A stretch of 63,961 nt of DNA, the filler included, from Basidioascus undulatus (lineage: Eukaryota): NCBI GenBank assembly GCA_000826855.1. It is 3 parts of 3 records of this genome, joined end to end, with 100 filler letters (N's around TTAATTAATTAA, not from the genome) between each part and the next. Parts side by side here need not be neighbours in the genome. Positions count along the whole stretch, not along the records: positions 21,742 to 43,367 come from JTLS01000325.1; 2 more parts are not named here. The stretch is one strand, 5' to 3'. The notes under the pieces were generated by a model. The model ran no database searches. It was not told the DNA's origin and was given only the letters and a program-made list of their open reading frames with translations. This document shows positions 25,733 to 41,002 of the stretch, piece after piece (position 1 is the first letter of the stretch; each line of letters begins with the position of its first letter). The position numbers were made by a program, and so were the translations under genes.

Positions 25733-26538
25733 ACAACGCTAGTAGTACCCCCATGACTTGCCGTCTTCGATTGGTTTTACCCATCTTGGTCGTTCGCGTT
25801 CGCATAGACGCTGGGCTTTGCACATCGATCCGCGACCCTGTCCTCGCTCATTTCTATACGATCCTCGCCCTTCGTCTTTTGCGGCTTTGCACTACCTCAC
25901 GTTGCTTAGCACTTGTTTGTTTCGCTTGCACTCTCGAAGGGTCCGCATGTTTGGTAGCTAGACGCTCATTTGCGGATTCGTAACAATTGTTTGATCATCC
26001 GGTTCGTTCTGAATGCCTGGCTGTCTGGCTGATCTGGACTGTTGATATGTGCGCCGGTGCTAAGGTGACGGTGCCCAGCTGTGGCATTCGAACTTGTTCG
26101 GCTGTGAAAGGCTCGAGCGACCGCTCCTGCGTGTCCCGCAAGGTAGGAGCTCCGCAAGTGCGCCCGGATAGCACCGCGAAGGATCATGACGCTGCGAGCG
26201 CTGCGAGCGCCTAGGGCGGGGCCAGCAGCGACGACGAAGACGCGCTCTTCGTCGTTCTCGACGATTCCCTCAGCGGTGGATTCTCGAACGAGTTTGATTC
26301 GCTAGAAGAGGCAAGTGTGAAATAATAAATCCATCGATGGGTGTTGGCCGAGGTGCGGGGGCACTGTGGGCGTCGGAGATTGCAGCTAGATTCGGTCATG
26401 GCAGGCCGACATGCGTGGCTGGGGGAACCTGGAAGGCGCTCAAAGACACGCCCAGGGCTCGCGTCCTCTCCTTTCCCTTCACCTTCACCCCGCATCCCTC
26501 CTCTGCCTCTCCCACACCTGAATAGAAAAGTATCCATA

Positions 26539-28739
<2,201 letters not shown>

Positions 28740-29307
28740 ATGTGCTGATGCTGAGGGCCTACTGGGAGTGATTTGACGAGAGGGAGAGGGGTAGCTGTAC
28801 GAGGTTGATGAAATTTAGAAAAGTGATTTTGAACGATAAGGGACGCGTGTGATGAGTACCAGTGCTGTATGGACTGAGCTGCTTGATGGTTGCACTGTGA
28901 GGACGAGAGGACTTAACCGATTCCCACCTCTGCACCTCTGCATGATCGAGCCAGGAAAAGCCTGCAAACGGGGGTTTTTGGTGCACTGTTCGCTCTCCTG
29001 TTGCCTGTCCCACCCTCGTCGCGGCTATCGGTCGTTCATAACCAACTGTAAGCATGCATATGGGGGACGGACTCGTGAAAGACGCTGCAGTCTGAGCAGA
29101 TTCCGAAAGCGCTGTGGCCCACCAGCCCTTTTCAATACAGGCCGCCGGGTTCATAGGAGAGCAATCCGTCGCAAATCGTGATATCGTCAACTTGAAAGAC
29201 ATCAAGAATGAAGGAAGTCCTTCCGCGCACTCAAATCTTGTCCGCCACCGCAATTCCACCGGTTCTAGCCCTTAAGTCTACAAAGTTTAGGACATAGTTC
29301 AAAAGGT

Positions 29308-30893
29308 TCACTGCTTCGTAGCCTTCACGACAACGGGGATCAGACCTGTCGACGGGTGAACATTAGCTGCTGGGAATCCTGAACAACGACTCGTGTTTTT
29401 CGACGTACCGCCCGTCGACACAGAGAAAGCACGGTGGTTGACCGCCTCGAGGGCGCTCTGGATCGTCCCGCCGTGCGCAGTAATAGAGACGAGGGTGCTC
29501 TCGTCGTTGTTCCAGATATCGACAAGCGCCTGGCGGACGCGCGCCGTGCGGGCGGCGTTCGACTCGCGCTCCTTCGTCCACAGCTCGTCCTCCTCGGTGA
29601 AACCATGCTGGAAGTCCCAGGTGGGGAAGCGCTGTGGGTTGGATGGACCGGAGTGTGAGCTTGGATTTCCGGGCGCGGAGAACAGAGCGGAAGGCGAGCG
29701 CACGTTGTGGATGAAGGTCTTGTTGCTACGCATGTCGCACGCTGCCAGAGTAGTGCCATGTCAACAAAAAATCAGGGCGTGAATTATGTACTCTGTGTGT
29801 AAGAATAAGATGAAAGGACTGACTGTGCTCGCCAATCGTCTCACGCAGGCCCTGCAGCCGTCGCTTTCAGCAGGTTACACTCAACATCAACACAGATCAG
29901 AACCACGCACCTCCATCACGACCGGCTCAAACTCCTTGCCCAGGTCCTTGTAGAGCTGCTCAAACTCGATGCGGAGCGTGTCGCTCGACCGGGTGAGTGG
30001 GCTCGAGTAGAAGCTCTCCGGCAGGGGGATGCCCGTCTCGGTCGCCTTCTGGCGCCAGGCGGCAGACACGTTCTGCGCTTGCGCGATGCCCTTCTCGGTG
30101 ATGAGCGGGTCGGGACCCCTGTGGAGTGAAAAGTATCCGAAAGAGCGCTCCGGCTGGAGGGAATAGGTGGGGTCAGACATACCAGGTGATGTTGCCATCG
30201 GTCTGCAGGAGATTGAAAGTGCGACTGTGAGCTGCGCTTGCACATGGATGAAGGAAGAGCAGGGATTGACGCACGTAGATCAAGCTCCAGTAGTCGTCCC
30301 AGGCCTGTGTACCGTACTTCACCTCAGCGACGTTATGGTAGCCCTCGCCTGTAAGTGGTGGAGGGTTTAGCAGTCATGCGCATGGGCCATCCGCTTGGGA
30401 ATGTGAACGGACCGTGGCGAGCTAGGTATAGCACTTTGTACGAGACACCCTTCTCCGCCTCCTTGTTCAGCTCTGAAAAGAAAAGAGCGGCAATTCTCAG
30501 TCCTGTACGTCTACTTGGAGGACTTGCAAAGACGCACTCTGAATGGACCAGTCGAAAGCTTCCCAAGCGTAGGGGGCAGTGGAGACGAGGCCAAAGTTGC
30601 TAGCGAGCTGCGAGCAGTACCGTCGGACAGCTGAGCTTCATGACCAGAGAAATGATTTGAATATGACGCACGAAGTCAAAGGTGGAAGCGTTGGTCGAGT
30701 CGAGGTCCTGCGCAAAGAATCCAGTGACCGTCTCGAACGTGTAGTTGTTGTTCTTGCCGTTCTTGCTCCAGTCGGACTGGTCGCCCTTGTCGTGCTTCCA
30801 CAGCCACGGAGGCAGAGAGCGGACAGCGGGGTAAGCGTCAGCTCCCTGAGCCACGATGGGCAGGAGAGCGGCGAGGGCGGGGAGAGCGTGCAT
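29308..30893 (-). CDS. Histidine phosphatase / phosphoglycerate-mutase-like protein (Pmu1-like) with N-terminal signal peptide
   Basis: MHALPALAALLPIVAQGADA signal; YKVLYLARHG|EGYHN, FYSSPLTRS, LRETIG, GFTEEDELW, SITAHGG, GLIPVVVKA. Confidence 0.88.
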
Positions 30894-31593
30894 TGTTGGG
30901 TTGAGGAGGTGAGTGGACCAGAGAGAGGAGAGCGCCTAAGGTACGAAGTCCTCAGCCTTTTTAGTGTGAGGTTCTTGCATGTTTTCAGCCTTGCGTTGCA
31001 CGGCAGCCGATCAGGCACAAACAAGGGGCAGGCATTGCCGACCGACCATCAAGTTGAAGCGCACGTGCGTCCGTGATGCTGGTGATTGCTCAGACCGACT
31101 GCATCGTCTTCGGCGGAGTCTTCATCGGGAGGACACCTACCCAAGTGGCACGCGGTGCAGCTTGGACGCTGTAACACGTACTGTTGGATAAATTGCCGCT
31201 TGGACGTGGGGGTATACAGACGGCATAAACTGCTGGCACTCGCTGGCTGGCCATGCTGCACAATCACCAATGAAACTTGTACCAGGTGTGAAACGCGACC
31301 GCCATCACCACCCCAATTGGTCTACATTTCGAAAAACTGTTCTATTGTCTCAACCTCGGCCTCAAAAGATGTGATTAAGAGAGCATCTTGAGTGCATCAG
31401 CGACACAGAAGAGCAAGAGAGCAACATCCGTGCGCAGGACTGTCGCAACGTCGAGAAAGCCCAGAGATTATGATTATTCGAGGAAGTCTTAGTGAAGTTT
31501 TGACAAGAAGTCTCGAAGCACTATTGCAGTGCACTCAAGCTCCTCGCGACGGCGCCGGCAGCGAGATAGAGGGGCATGAGCAGCCTGCGTGAC

Positions 31594-32154
31594 CTATTCA
31601 TCCTCGGGCTCCTGGCCCACGAGCCTGCGCATGTCCTCCAGCCACTTCTCGTTCCTCTCCACCCTCGGCATGTCCCCAACTACCGCAATAGGCACGACGT
31701 TTAGCACCTCCCCGCACTTGAGCAACAGCACAAACACCGGCTTGCCCTCCTTCGTCACGCCCCCGAGCCCCTGCATCTTCCGCATCTGCGGAATGACCTT
31801 CTTGAGCTCCTCCAAACTCTCCACGCTCGCGCCATCGATCCGGAACACGTCGTCATTCGCGCCTTCGTATTCCTCGGGGCGCGAGAGCCGGAGCGCGAGC
31901 GCGTGCGAGGCCGAGAGGATCCCGTCGTTGGCGGGGTTGGGCGAGCGCAGCGCGTGCGCCGCGCCATACATCAGCGCGGGCTTGTGGCGCGTGCACCAGT
32001 GCTGGAGGGATACCTGGAGGGCCGACGCTTGGGCGGGGGTGAGGTGGCGCTTGCGTGCGGGCAGGTAAGGCTGGAGGACGAAGTAGGCGCCAGCGAGAAG
32101 GACGAGAAGTAGAAGGACGCCTGCCACGATTTCGCGTGGGGTTTGGAGCGCCAT
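31594..32154 (-). CDS. Hypothetical protein with N-terminal TM anchor (single exon, about 186 aa)
   Basis: Open frame with GC3 bias; hydrophobic IVAGVLLLLVLLAGAYFVL, then LQHWCTRHKPALMYGAAHAL. Confidence 0.65.
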   Translation of the reverse strand: MALQTPREIVAGVLLLLVLLAGAYFVLQPYLPARKRHLTPAQASALQVSLQHWCTRHKPALMYGAAHALRSPNPANDGILSASHALALRLSRPEEYEGANDDVFRIDGASVESLEELKKVIPQMRKMQGLGGVTKEGKPVFVLLLKCGEVLNVVPIAVVGDMPRVERNEKWLEDMRRLVGQEPEDE

Positions 32155-32491
32155 AGCGGAGTAGGATGAGAATAGCGAACAGAGCAAGTCAGATGTGTAG
32201 CTGGGATGATCGTAGTATCGAAGGCGGCCGTGCGAGATGCGGACGAGGTTGAGGCAAGGGAGAAGACGTGAAGCGAGAAGGCGCCTGCTCAGCAGCCGGA
32301 TGCAAAAGACGGTCAGTGCCGGATTACGTACTTGGTACAGTGAAGTTGGATCTGGAAAGAAAGGCTTCGCAATTCAGGTCAATGGAGAAACGCACTACCG
32401 AGATTTCGTATGCGGCAGCCAGACAGATAAAGCATGTGATGCATAAACAAGTCCATTATGCGTCGTCAACCCTCAACCCCCACTCTCTAGA

Positions 32492-34449
32492 TCAGATCGT
32501 CTGCCCGTGCTCCATCGCCGAAACCATGTCCTTCAAGTACTCCCTCCGGACCTTGATCCCCCGCTCCTTCAGGCCCTCCTTCACACTCTCAATCGGCAGC
32601 TCGCGCCTGTGGAACGCGCCCGCGCCCAGGGCAGCCTCCACGCCCGTCGCCTCAAACACGTCCGCAAAGTGCTCCTTCGTGCCCGCGCCCGAGCTCGCGA
32701 CGACGGGGATGCGCACCGCCTCGCGCACGAGCTTGACGAGATCGAGGTCGAACCCGCGCCCCGAGCCGTCGCGATCGATGGAGTTGAGGAGGATCTCGCC
32801 CGCGCCGAGGCGCTCGACGCCCTGCGCGAGCTGCACGACGTCGATGTCCCGCGTCTCGCGCCCGCCCGCGACAGTGCACTGGTACCACCACGCCTTGCCC
32901 TTCTCCTCCTCGTTCGCCGCGAGCGCGGACTCGCCGCGGATGAAGGACGCCGCGTGGGCGGCGGGGGGCGGGGCGGAGGGGTCGATGTAGACGCGCTTGG
33001 GGTCGACGGAGACGACTACTGCTTGGGACCCGTACGCCTTCGAGATGGTCTCGATGCCTGTGTTGCCGAGGAGGGCGGGCTCGCCGCGCGCTTCCCGCGC
33101 GTGTATCTCCTCCACCGCGAAGACAGCGTCGGAGCCGATCGAGACCTTGTCTGCGCCCGAGCGGAAATAAGCGCCGGCGACCTCGAGCGCGGGGCGCGGC
33201 GTCCCATCAGGGTCGACCGTGTCCTTGATCCCACCGCCGATGGTGAGCGGGACGAAGACGGTCTCCGCCGCGGCGCGGACGACGTCGAGCATCGGCTGGT
33301 CCTGCAGCGGCGAGTTGCGAAAGGAAGTGATGTTGAGGAAGCAGACCTCATCCGCGCCCTCGGCGAAGTAGCGCCGGGAGAGCTCGACGGGCTTGCCGAG
33401 GTTCCGCACGTTCCCGCCCTTGCCCGCGTCCGCCTTCTCCCGCACGTCGTACTGGTCCCCCTTCGTCACGACGAGGTCGCCCGCGTCGTTCGTCCGGACG
33501 TCCAGGCATGCTACCACGCGCTTCACGAGCCCGTCCGTCTCGGCCAGGGCGATCTCAACGGGATCGACCACAGGGAGGTTCGCGAGCGGCTGCGGCGCGG
33601 GGACAGGCTTGCGCAGGAAGTCGCGCAGGACCTCGAGCCCGGCCTCGCCCGACTTCTCAGGGTGGAACTGCGTCGCGAGGATGTTCCCGCGGCGGACGGA
33701 GGAGACGAAGAGCTCGCGCCCGTACTGCGTCGTGGTGTGTGCCCAGGCTGCGAGCTCGGGGACGTACGGCGCCGCGAACGAGTGGACGAAGTAGTAGTGC
33801 GCGTCGGCCGAAATGCCGTCCTGGACGGGGGAGGAGGAGGGGCGGAGGAAGCGCACGTCGTTCCACCCCATGTGCGGGACGCGCTTCGGGTCCGCGTCAG
33901 AGGACGTGAAGCGCTTGACGAGGAAGGGGATAACGCCAAGACCAGAGACGCCGGGAGACTCTTCGGAAGAGGTAAAGAGCGCTTGCATGCCGATGCAGAT
34001 GCCTGGACGAAGCAGGGTCAGCATCACGCTCATGAGATGATGCGGGAGATGGGGACGCACCGAAGTACGGCTTGCCGGACGCAAGATACGCCTGGAGCGG
34101 TGCGAGGAGGCCGATGGCCCTCAGGCGGTGCATCGCTTGATCAAACGATCCGACACCAGGGAAGATGAGTTTCTGGTGATCGAAGAGTGAACGATGTCAG
34201 TACCAGGCCACTTCCCAAAATGCAACATGCGGCAGCTGTCCACCCCAATTGCTCCCCTCGTCTTCAAACCGCCACCACCCAGTCCCACAAAGGAGGTGCA
34301 CTCACGTCGGCCTTCTCCAGATCCTCGGCATTCTTAACCCACTCGTACTTGAACCCCAGGCGATCGATGCTGTTCGCCAGAGACCGCACGTTGCCCGCGC
34401 CATAGTCGAGGATGTAGAGCTTCTGCGGGTTGGCAGTTTCGGAGGACAT
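32492..34449 (-). CDS. HIS7: Imidazole glycerol phosphate synthase HisH-HisF fusion
   Basis: LYILDYGAGNVRSLAN, LIFPGVG, GICIGMQ, VPHMGWN, YYFVHSF, ATQFHPEKSG, RVVACLDVRTND.GDLVVTKGDQYDVRE, PLTIGGGI, GADKVSIGS, LLNSIDRDG. Confidence 0.98.
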
Positions 34450-36016
34450 GACGATAGATGGAGCTGCGGATGATACCCTTGTTCAGTATCCGTGAATGTG
34501 GGACGTCTTGAGAGCTGCGATGAATCGGGCGCACGGGTAAGGGAGGTCGGCAGGGAGATCAGAGCGAGAGGACGAAGATGAGGTGCGGTCGGAGATTGGG
34601 GCGGACTCGGAGCGTGGCTCGGGGAATTGCTATGCGCCTGAAAAGAATGTGTGCGTGCGTTCTGAAGAAGAATGAAGAAAGACAGACTGCAAAGAGCAGC
34701 TGGTGGTGGCGAGCAGTCGAGTCAAGAGCCTGGAGTCAGAGAGCTGCTGCATTCTCGCCTCGGCAATTCTCCGCCGGCAGCGATCCACGGAATGTCCACG
34801 TCCCAACCCCCTGTTCCAGTTTCTTTTTTCCACTTTCGGTCGGTTGCCATTGAAGTCACGCGACCTCATACACTTTTGCGAATGAGATAACCAGGTCATC
34901 TATAAAGAGTGGCACAAGAAACATCGGATCAGATAGCCGGGGACTGCCATGTGCAGCGAAGATCAACCCACGCGTCAGGGCAGCGGAGCAATAGACTACG
35001 CTGCTCTGAGAAGAGTGAGTGGAAATTAGGGTGTTTGCTGCAGGTGTGGAACCAGCGTTAAAAGTAGCAAGCCGTCACAAGGACTAGTAACTGTATCACT
35101 GGGACGAACTCCCCCAAACGAGCATGCCGTTTAGTCCCTGCTCGCGATGCACTTCATGTGGCGCAAAAGAAAGTATCAGACGGGCTGCAGGCTGCAACTG
35201 CATTTCCATGCACACAGGCCTGAGTGTGCTGCTCGAGCCTTGTGTTAGGCTGCATAGCAATATTTAAGGAACTGCCACCCGCCATGCGCAGGAGACGCTG
35301 CCTTGCTCGACATTCACACAGGTTACCCAGCCGACTTCTTGGGTAGACTTTAAAGCCCTCATATGTCATTGTTGAGTCCACAGTCTCAATTAGAGCTGGA
35401 CACTCAGAGATATTTGTGCCGTCTGCGAAGATTCCCTGGCGGATGAACCGTGTGGATGCGGGACGTGGCCTTTCTCGCTGCATGGTGCAGCTATAAGCAA
35501 TGACTGCTCATAAATTCTTCTCTAAAAGTATGCATTGCTCGTTTAGTGGCTGATGAGGTTGGACCAGACGAGGTCCGCACAGCTCGTCGCGTAGTTCTTG
35601 TCCCCTTCACTTGGCTCAAGTTCGCAGCCTTTCCTCCTGCAACACCCTTCAGATCAGCCTGCATCTGCTACCCATTGCTCGTAAAACATCATTCACACGT
35701 ATTGACACATACCACAATCCTTCATCGAGTCCTTCCCTCTTCACCTTCAAGGCTTCAATCGCCTGTCGCCGAGCTTGCGACGCCTTTATGACGTAACCAG
35801 GTTATCAGTGTCTTCGCTATTGGTATGCAGAGCCCAGCATCGTGAGCAGCGGGCGTATGGAGCGCAAGATGTCATCTTGGGGGGCCCAGGTCAGGGAAGA
35901 AGCGCCGAAGGGCTCGTGTGACGAGATGAACGATGGTCGCGCGACCGACTGCTGCGTTGTTCTTCTCGCTTCTCTGTTGCTTACATCCATCGTCAACTCC
36001 AAGAGCTCTCGCTGCG

Positions 36017-37650
36017 ATGGCCTCCTACATATGTGAAACGGCTCTGGCTGCAACTCAGGCCTCTATATCCATCCTACTCATCCTCCTGTATGGTTACCTT
36101 GCACGACGGTATCGGTTGGTCAACGCCGTACGTTCCACAACCATCTAGACGCCATGTCGGTCGATGTCTTGTTCATCAACAATTTATCTGGATCATGCAG
36201 GAAGGGGAAGCAGTCAGTCTTGGTTCAAAAGTGTTGCCCTTCATATGCCTGACAAGCGCTGACTTGCTGTCCGTACCAAAGAACATGTCCTACTTGAGCG
36301 TGCACATCTTCCTCCCCGCGCTTCTTGTCACCCAGATCGGGTCTCAGATTTCGGCAAAGAAGGCGCTCGAGTGGTGGCCGTTTATGGTCCTCGCTCCAGC
36401 CTTTATTGCCCTGTCAGCCTTGTTCGGGTGGATCGGCGTGAAGCTCTTCAGCTTGCCGGGTTGGGTCCTGCCAGCAGCTACATTCGTACGTTAGCGGCTC
36501 CATTTGACCCCATGGGCTTATAAGCTTATTTCTTTCTCCTTACGTCCCATAGCCGAACGTCACGTCGTGAGTATTTTGTTCGAGCACAGATACCCTGCCT
36601 TCGCACTTCTTTTTGTTACGCCGCTCTCTCTGCGTCGCACACTGACTCATTCCGCCTCGCATGAAGCCTACATCTTCTCCTTACCGAGTCTCTCGCGGCT
36701 ACGAACATGTTCGAGCAGCTCGCGCAAAGTGGCGAGTCGACGCAGGACGCGCTTGCCCGTGCGCAGAGCTACCTCCTCTTCAACGCGCTCGTAAGCCCTG
36801 AGCCCCATTGCCGTACAGTCACGCGCATCTGACACTTATTGATAATGTTCTCTTCCAGATACATAACGTCGCCCGATTCGCCTTCGGACCGTGGATGATC
36901 AAGAAGGGCGCCAAGGACGACGGCGACTCGGACGTCGAGAGCGAGCACAGCGACGCGGACCCCGAGGCGCAGCCGGACGAGCGCTCGAGATTCGTCGATC
37001 GCCTCGACCGCGCTGTGAACCCCGAAAAGGGCCTACAGAGTCGCTTCCGGAGCGTATGGGAATCGATCAAGGCGGGGATGAACGCGCCGCTCTGCGCCGG
37101 GCTGCTGGCCATCGTTCTTGGCTGTATCCCTCCGCTCAACTACGTCTTCTTCGATGACAACGGCCCGCTGAAACCTGTGAGGTTTCCCTCATGCTTCTTA
37201 TTTTCATAGGCACTGATGCTAATGTGTTGATATTATGTGCGCCTTAAGTCGCTCACCCAGAGCATCAAGAAGATCGGCGGGCTGTACACCGCTCTACAGA
37301 TGTTCGTCCTCGGCGCTCAGCTGCAGTCGCACCCGTCAACGTTTGTCTCGGCCCTGGCGCTCAGCTACCTCTTCCTCATCCGGTTCGTCGTCATCCCCGC
37401 CCTCTCGATTACCACCGTCTACTTCCTCTCCTCGCACTGGCAAGACGACCCGATCTTCAACTTCGTGCTCATGCTCGGCCCGACTGGGCCGCCCGCGATC
37501 ACGTTGGCCGCGATAGTCGAGATGGCCAGCGTGAGCAAGGAGGAAGACGGACGGGTTGCGAGGATGCTCGCTTGGAGCTATGCTGTTACGCCAGCGATAT
37601 CCGGGACCGTGGTTAGTGCTTTGTGGGTGGCGAAGAAGTTGGGCGGATAG
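36017..37650 (+). CDS. Auxin efflux carrier / PILS-family (Mem_trans) membrane transporter
   Basis: ATQASISILLILLYGYLA, VHIFLPALL, PN.TS, MNAPLCAGLLAIVLG, IGGLYTALQMFVLGAQL, IRFVVIP, DPIFNFVLMLGPTGPPAITL. Confidence 0.85.
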
Positions 37651-38123
37651 CATCAATTGCATGGAAACGCTTGAGTTCAGACTACTGCGGTTGAGTCTGC
37701 CTGTCGGACGGTACGGAGTGGTGATTGCAAGTCATTCGCCACTGCTCCCGTGCAACAGTGGCAATTGAATACGGCAACTTAATTCAGCTCCCCAAATCTT
37801 TGCATAATACGCGCCACAGTGAAACGGTCGTAGTCGACCGTGTGCACTTCCAAGTTCCAGATGTCCGCGCCGTTGGCGGGATCCGGAACTTCAGCACAGA
37901 AGTCTGCCTCGAAAAAAGCCGTACCAGTGACCCCACAACAAAGGTGAGGCCCCTTGGACCTTGGATATTGAGCTCTTGCGATGAATTGACAAATAGCTTT
38001 CAGCTTCTCGGAGCCGGCACGAGCGCACGGGCATCAGGAAGGCAATCTTTTGAAAGCAAGTTGCGTTGTCCCTTCGTTCGGTTTACATATCATCCGTAAT
38101 CCGTATCCGCATCCCGACCCCGT

Positions 38124-39289
38124 CTAGAGCCGCTCCTTCAACAACGCGTAAAGCCCCTCCAACTCGACCTTACCGTCCTCCTCGTCCCACAAGTGGTCCT
38201 TGCCCTCCACCTCCCCATACACGATCTCCGCACCGCGCTCCTTGAGCGCCTGCACCACCGCGCGGGCCTGCGACACAGGCACCGCCTGGTCGACGGTGCC
38301 ATGCGTGATCCAGATAGTAGGGAGCGTGGAGGACGACGACAGCGAGCGGATGAGCGACGCGACGATGTAGTCTTCCGGCCGTGTCGGGGATCCCTCGGGG
38401 AGGAGAAGCGAGTTGAGCGTGCCGGACTGGAGCATCCAGGAATACACTGTCGGATGTGCACGCCAGGAATCGTCTCATGAGAAATGCGGGGTACCAGGGC
38501 GTGTGGGTGCAGAGAAGACGCACTGTTTCGCCGGTTGCTGTCGGCCGCGTTCTCCGCTACGGCGGGTGCGTTCCGGTCGAGGAACGGCGCGACAAAGTCA
38601 CGAGGGATCGGAGCGTCCTCGTAAGTGACCTTGGGCTGTTGCGGCGTCGTCCAGAACGCATCGGTCGTGTCGGTGATGGGGTAGATAGCCGTCGTAACCT
38701 TCCTGTAACGAGATCTCTGGGACCAGTATTTTCGGAACACATTATGCGTGCAGGTACTACTTACGGCGGCTGAACGCCAACCTTTCCAACCCCAACCAGC
38801 AAGCTGAGGAAGCCGCCTGCGCTGCTCCCGCACGTTGCGAAACGCGCGGGATCCACGCGCCCGTCAACGAGCGCTGGCAGACGCTCGCGTACGAAAGTCA
38901 CCGCATCAGCGACGTCCGAGAGGATCTCGGGAAGCGGTGTCTGCGGTGCGAGGCGGTAGTCGGCTGACACCAGCGCGATGCCGTGCGTTGTCGGGCAGCG
39001 CGCCAGGTGAGGCGGCATGCGCTTGCGCGAGCCCTGTGTCGTACAAGTTAGTGCCTCCATCCACAAGGAGACTTGACAATGACATGCACCTGAAGAAGAC
39101 CACCACCTGTCCCTCGAGATTCTGTATGAACGTTTCGATCTGAAAGGTACGAGATGAAGACGTACCGTGCCACCACAGCAGCAACGGTGCGGGGTTCTCC
39201 TTGCTCGCCCCCGGAGGAAGATGCACATCGAGACCAATCTCGAGGTTCCCGACGGTTTTGAAAGTGAATTCTCGAATGTCAGCGGACAT
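38124..39289 (-). CDS. Alpha/beta hydrolase (HSL/lipase-esterase family)
   Basis: FTFKTV...LDVHLP, LLWWHG, VSADYRLAPQ, GSSAGG nucleophile elbow, IYPITD, HGTVDQAVP, KDHLWD. Confidence 0.9.
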
Positions 39290-39535
39290 GGTGAGTGCGA
39301 TGGACGTGAGCGAGAGGCAAGCTGATGATGGTTGAGCGACAAGAGCGAACTAGGTAAACACGCCGTCCGTTTCGGGCAACCTTTCGCCCGCTCCGAGACA
39401 TAATCGCCCCTTGACTTCCTGCCTCCATCATCTTCACTCGTCAACGCTCAGTTCTCCCGACTTGTACGTTTTCTGCCGATATCAAATCATTCAACACTTC
39501 TTTAGTAAACTGATTGGGGGCGGGCAGAGCCAATC

Positions 39536-40790
39536 ATGCCGGGGTTCTTACTTCGCGAGCTTCTCCCCCTCATTTTCTCCTTTGCGACAGCTTTCTCGCC
39601 AGAAGCCGATGGGGCTGAACACCGAGTGCTGGAACGCACGAAGATCTCCATTCTTCAAGTATGCAGGGAGTGGAATGTGAGCTTGGTTCCATTGTCGAAG
39701 CACGCGTGAACGCCCCCCTCCCTTCCCGCGCATTCCGCAGGTCTTTGCCAAGCCATACCTCTATCGAGACATCTATCTGCGCTCACTCTCTCAGATCCAA
39801 GCCCTCGTCGAGCACATCGCTACCGGATAAGACCTTGTTGGCGATGGCCGAGCCTTGCTCATCCGCACGCTCGACACCCGCATGCTCGAGTTCAACGGCC
39901 GAACACATCACCAGGTCGTTGCGAACCTCTGTTCGCTAATCGGTCTTTGCGGTAATGTCGAATCGCTCATGCTCAATAACGAGCGGTTTCACTACCCTGC
40001 CACACAGCTCGAGGCTTCTCCGCTCTTCCTCGAAGTCAAAACTCGCCGCCTTTTCACATCGAGGGTCTGAAGACGTCGATCGCCCCCTCCTGGCTGTTCC
40101 TGCTCCTTCGCGGGTTTCAGAACCTCGAGGGCTTGGAGTTATTTCTCGAGTGGTCGAATTCCATCGACCAGCCTCTCTTCGAAGGGTTCAATCTGGGCAA
40201 ATTGATGTACCTGAGCGTCTTTGTCCAAGGTTGCTTTATTCCCTACTTCACACGCTCGCTCGATCGCGCATGCCATGCTTGACCCACCTACGCATCACCT
40301 TGGACGACCGGGCTAACGACGACAACGATGACACATACGGCCCGATGTCTGTTGACATGCTGCGCAACATCGGCCAGCACCTCCAGTTCCTCAGCCATCT
40401 CTGTCCCTCCATGGACCTCGTCGAGCTCTTCCAGTTCCTCCCGGGAGTCTGCCCGAACCTCAACCATCTCCTTGTGCCCGCAGGATACGCGCGCAAGCCC
40501 GCCATGCTCGAACTCAGGCACCCCGAGCTCGAGCACATCCGCTTCCCGGCCACGATGGCGGATGCCGAGCACACCAGTCAGATTCTCGCAGCGCTGCGCT
40601 TGCGGAATCGACTTCCGAAACTGGGCCGTGTCAGCCTCTTCACGTACCATGCTCAAGATTGGAAACGCTCCAGGAACAAGAGAGGGCTTGGCTTTTGACG
40701 GAAGCCGCAAAGCTGCAACAGGCGGGCATCGTTCTCGAGGATTCGCTTGGCATTCCATTCGTTAGGCGGCGGCCGGGTTCGGAGGGATGA
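39536..40790 (+). pseudogene. F-box / LRR-like protein pseudogene
   Basis: F-box-like LRELLPLIFSFAT...TKISILQVCREWN|VFAKPYLYRDIYL; in-frame TAA at 39828-39830; LRR-like segments (FQNLEGLEL, MPCLTHLRI, CPNLNHL, LPKLGRVSL, GIVLEDSLG) spread over all three frames. Confidence 0.65.
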
Positions 40791-41002
40791 ATTCGATGAC
40801 CCGGGCGCTGGAAGAAGTTCAAGCGAGTGATGCTCAATGACTGATTTGCAGGCGATCATTTCCGTCGTCAGCAACTCCGTGTTGGCGTGAGGCAGTCGGC
40901 TTCTGCATGCAGGATGAAAGGCTCAATGCAGTCATAAACTCGTGCAACACTCAGCGCCCAAGAGAAAGCTCAACAAGAACGAATCAAAACGCAGCACCCA
41001 TC

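Noticed and set aside
28849..28920. Possible box C/D snoRNA (GTGATGA...CTGA) downstream of enolase
   Set aside because: No terminal stem, canonical final D box or convincing rRNA-complementary guide could be identified by eye.
32507..34168. 553-aa plus-strand ORF
   Set aside because: Antisense shadow of the GC3-rich HIS7 coding sequence; no recognisable motifs.
35550..35580. Hammerhead-like CTGATGA followed by a GGACC/GGTCC hairpin
   Set aside because: The required GAAA after stem II and stems I/III are absent.
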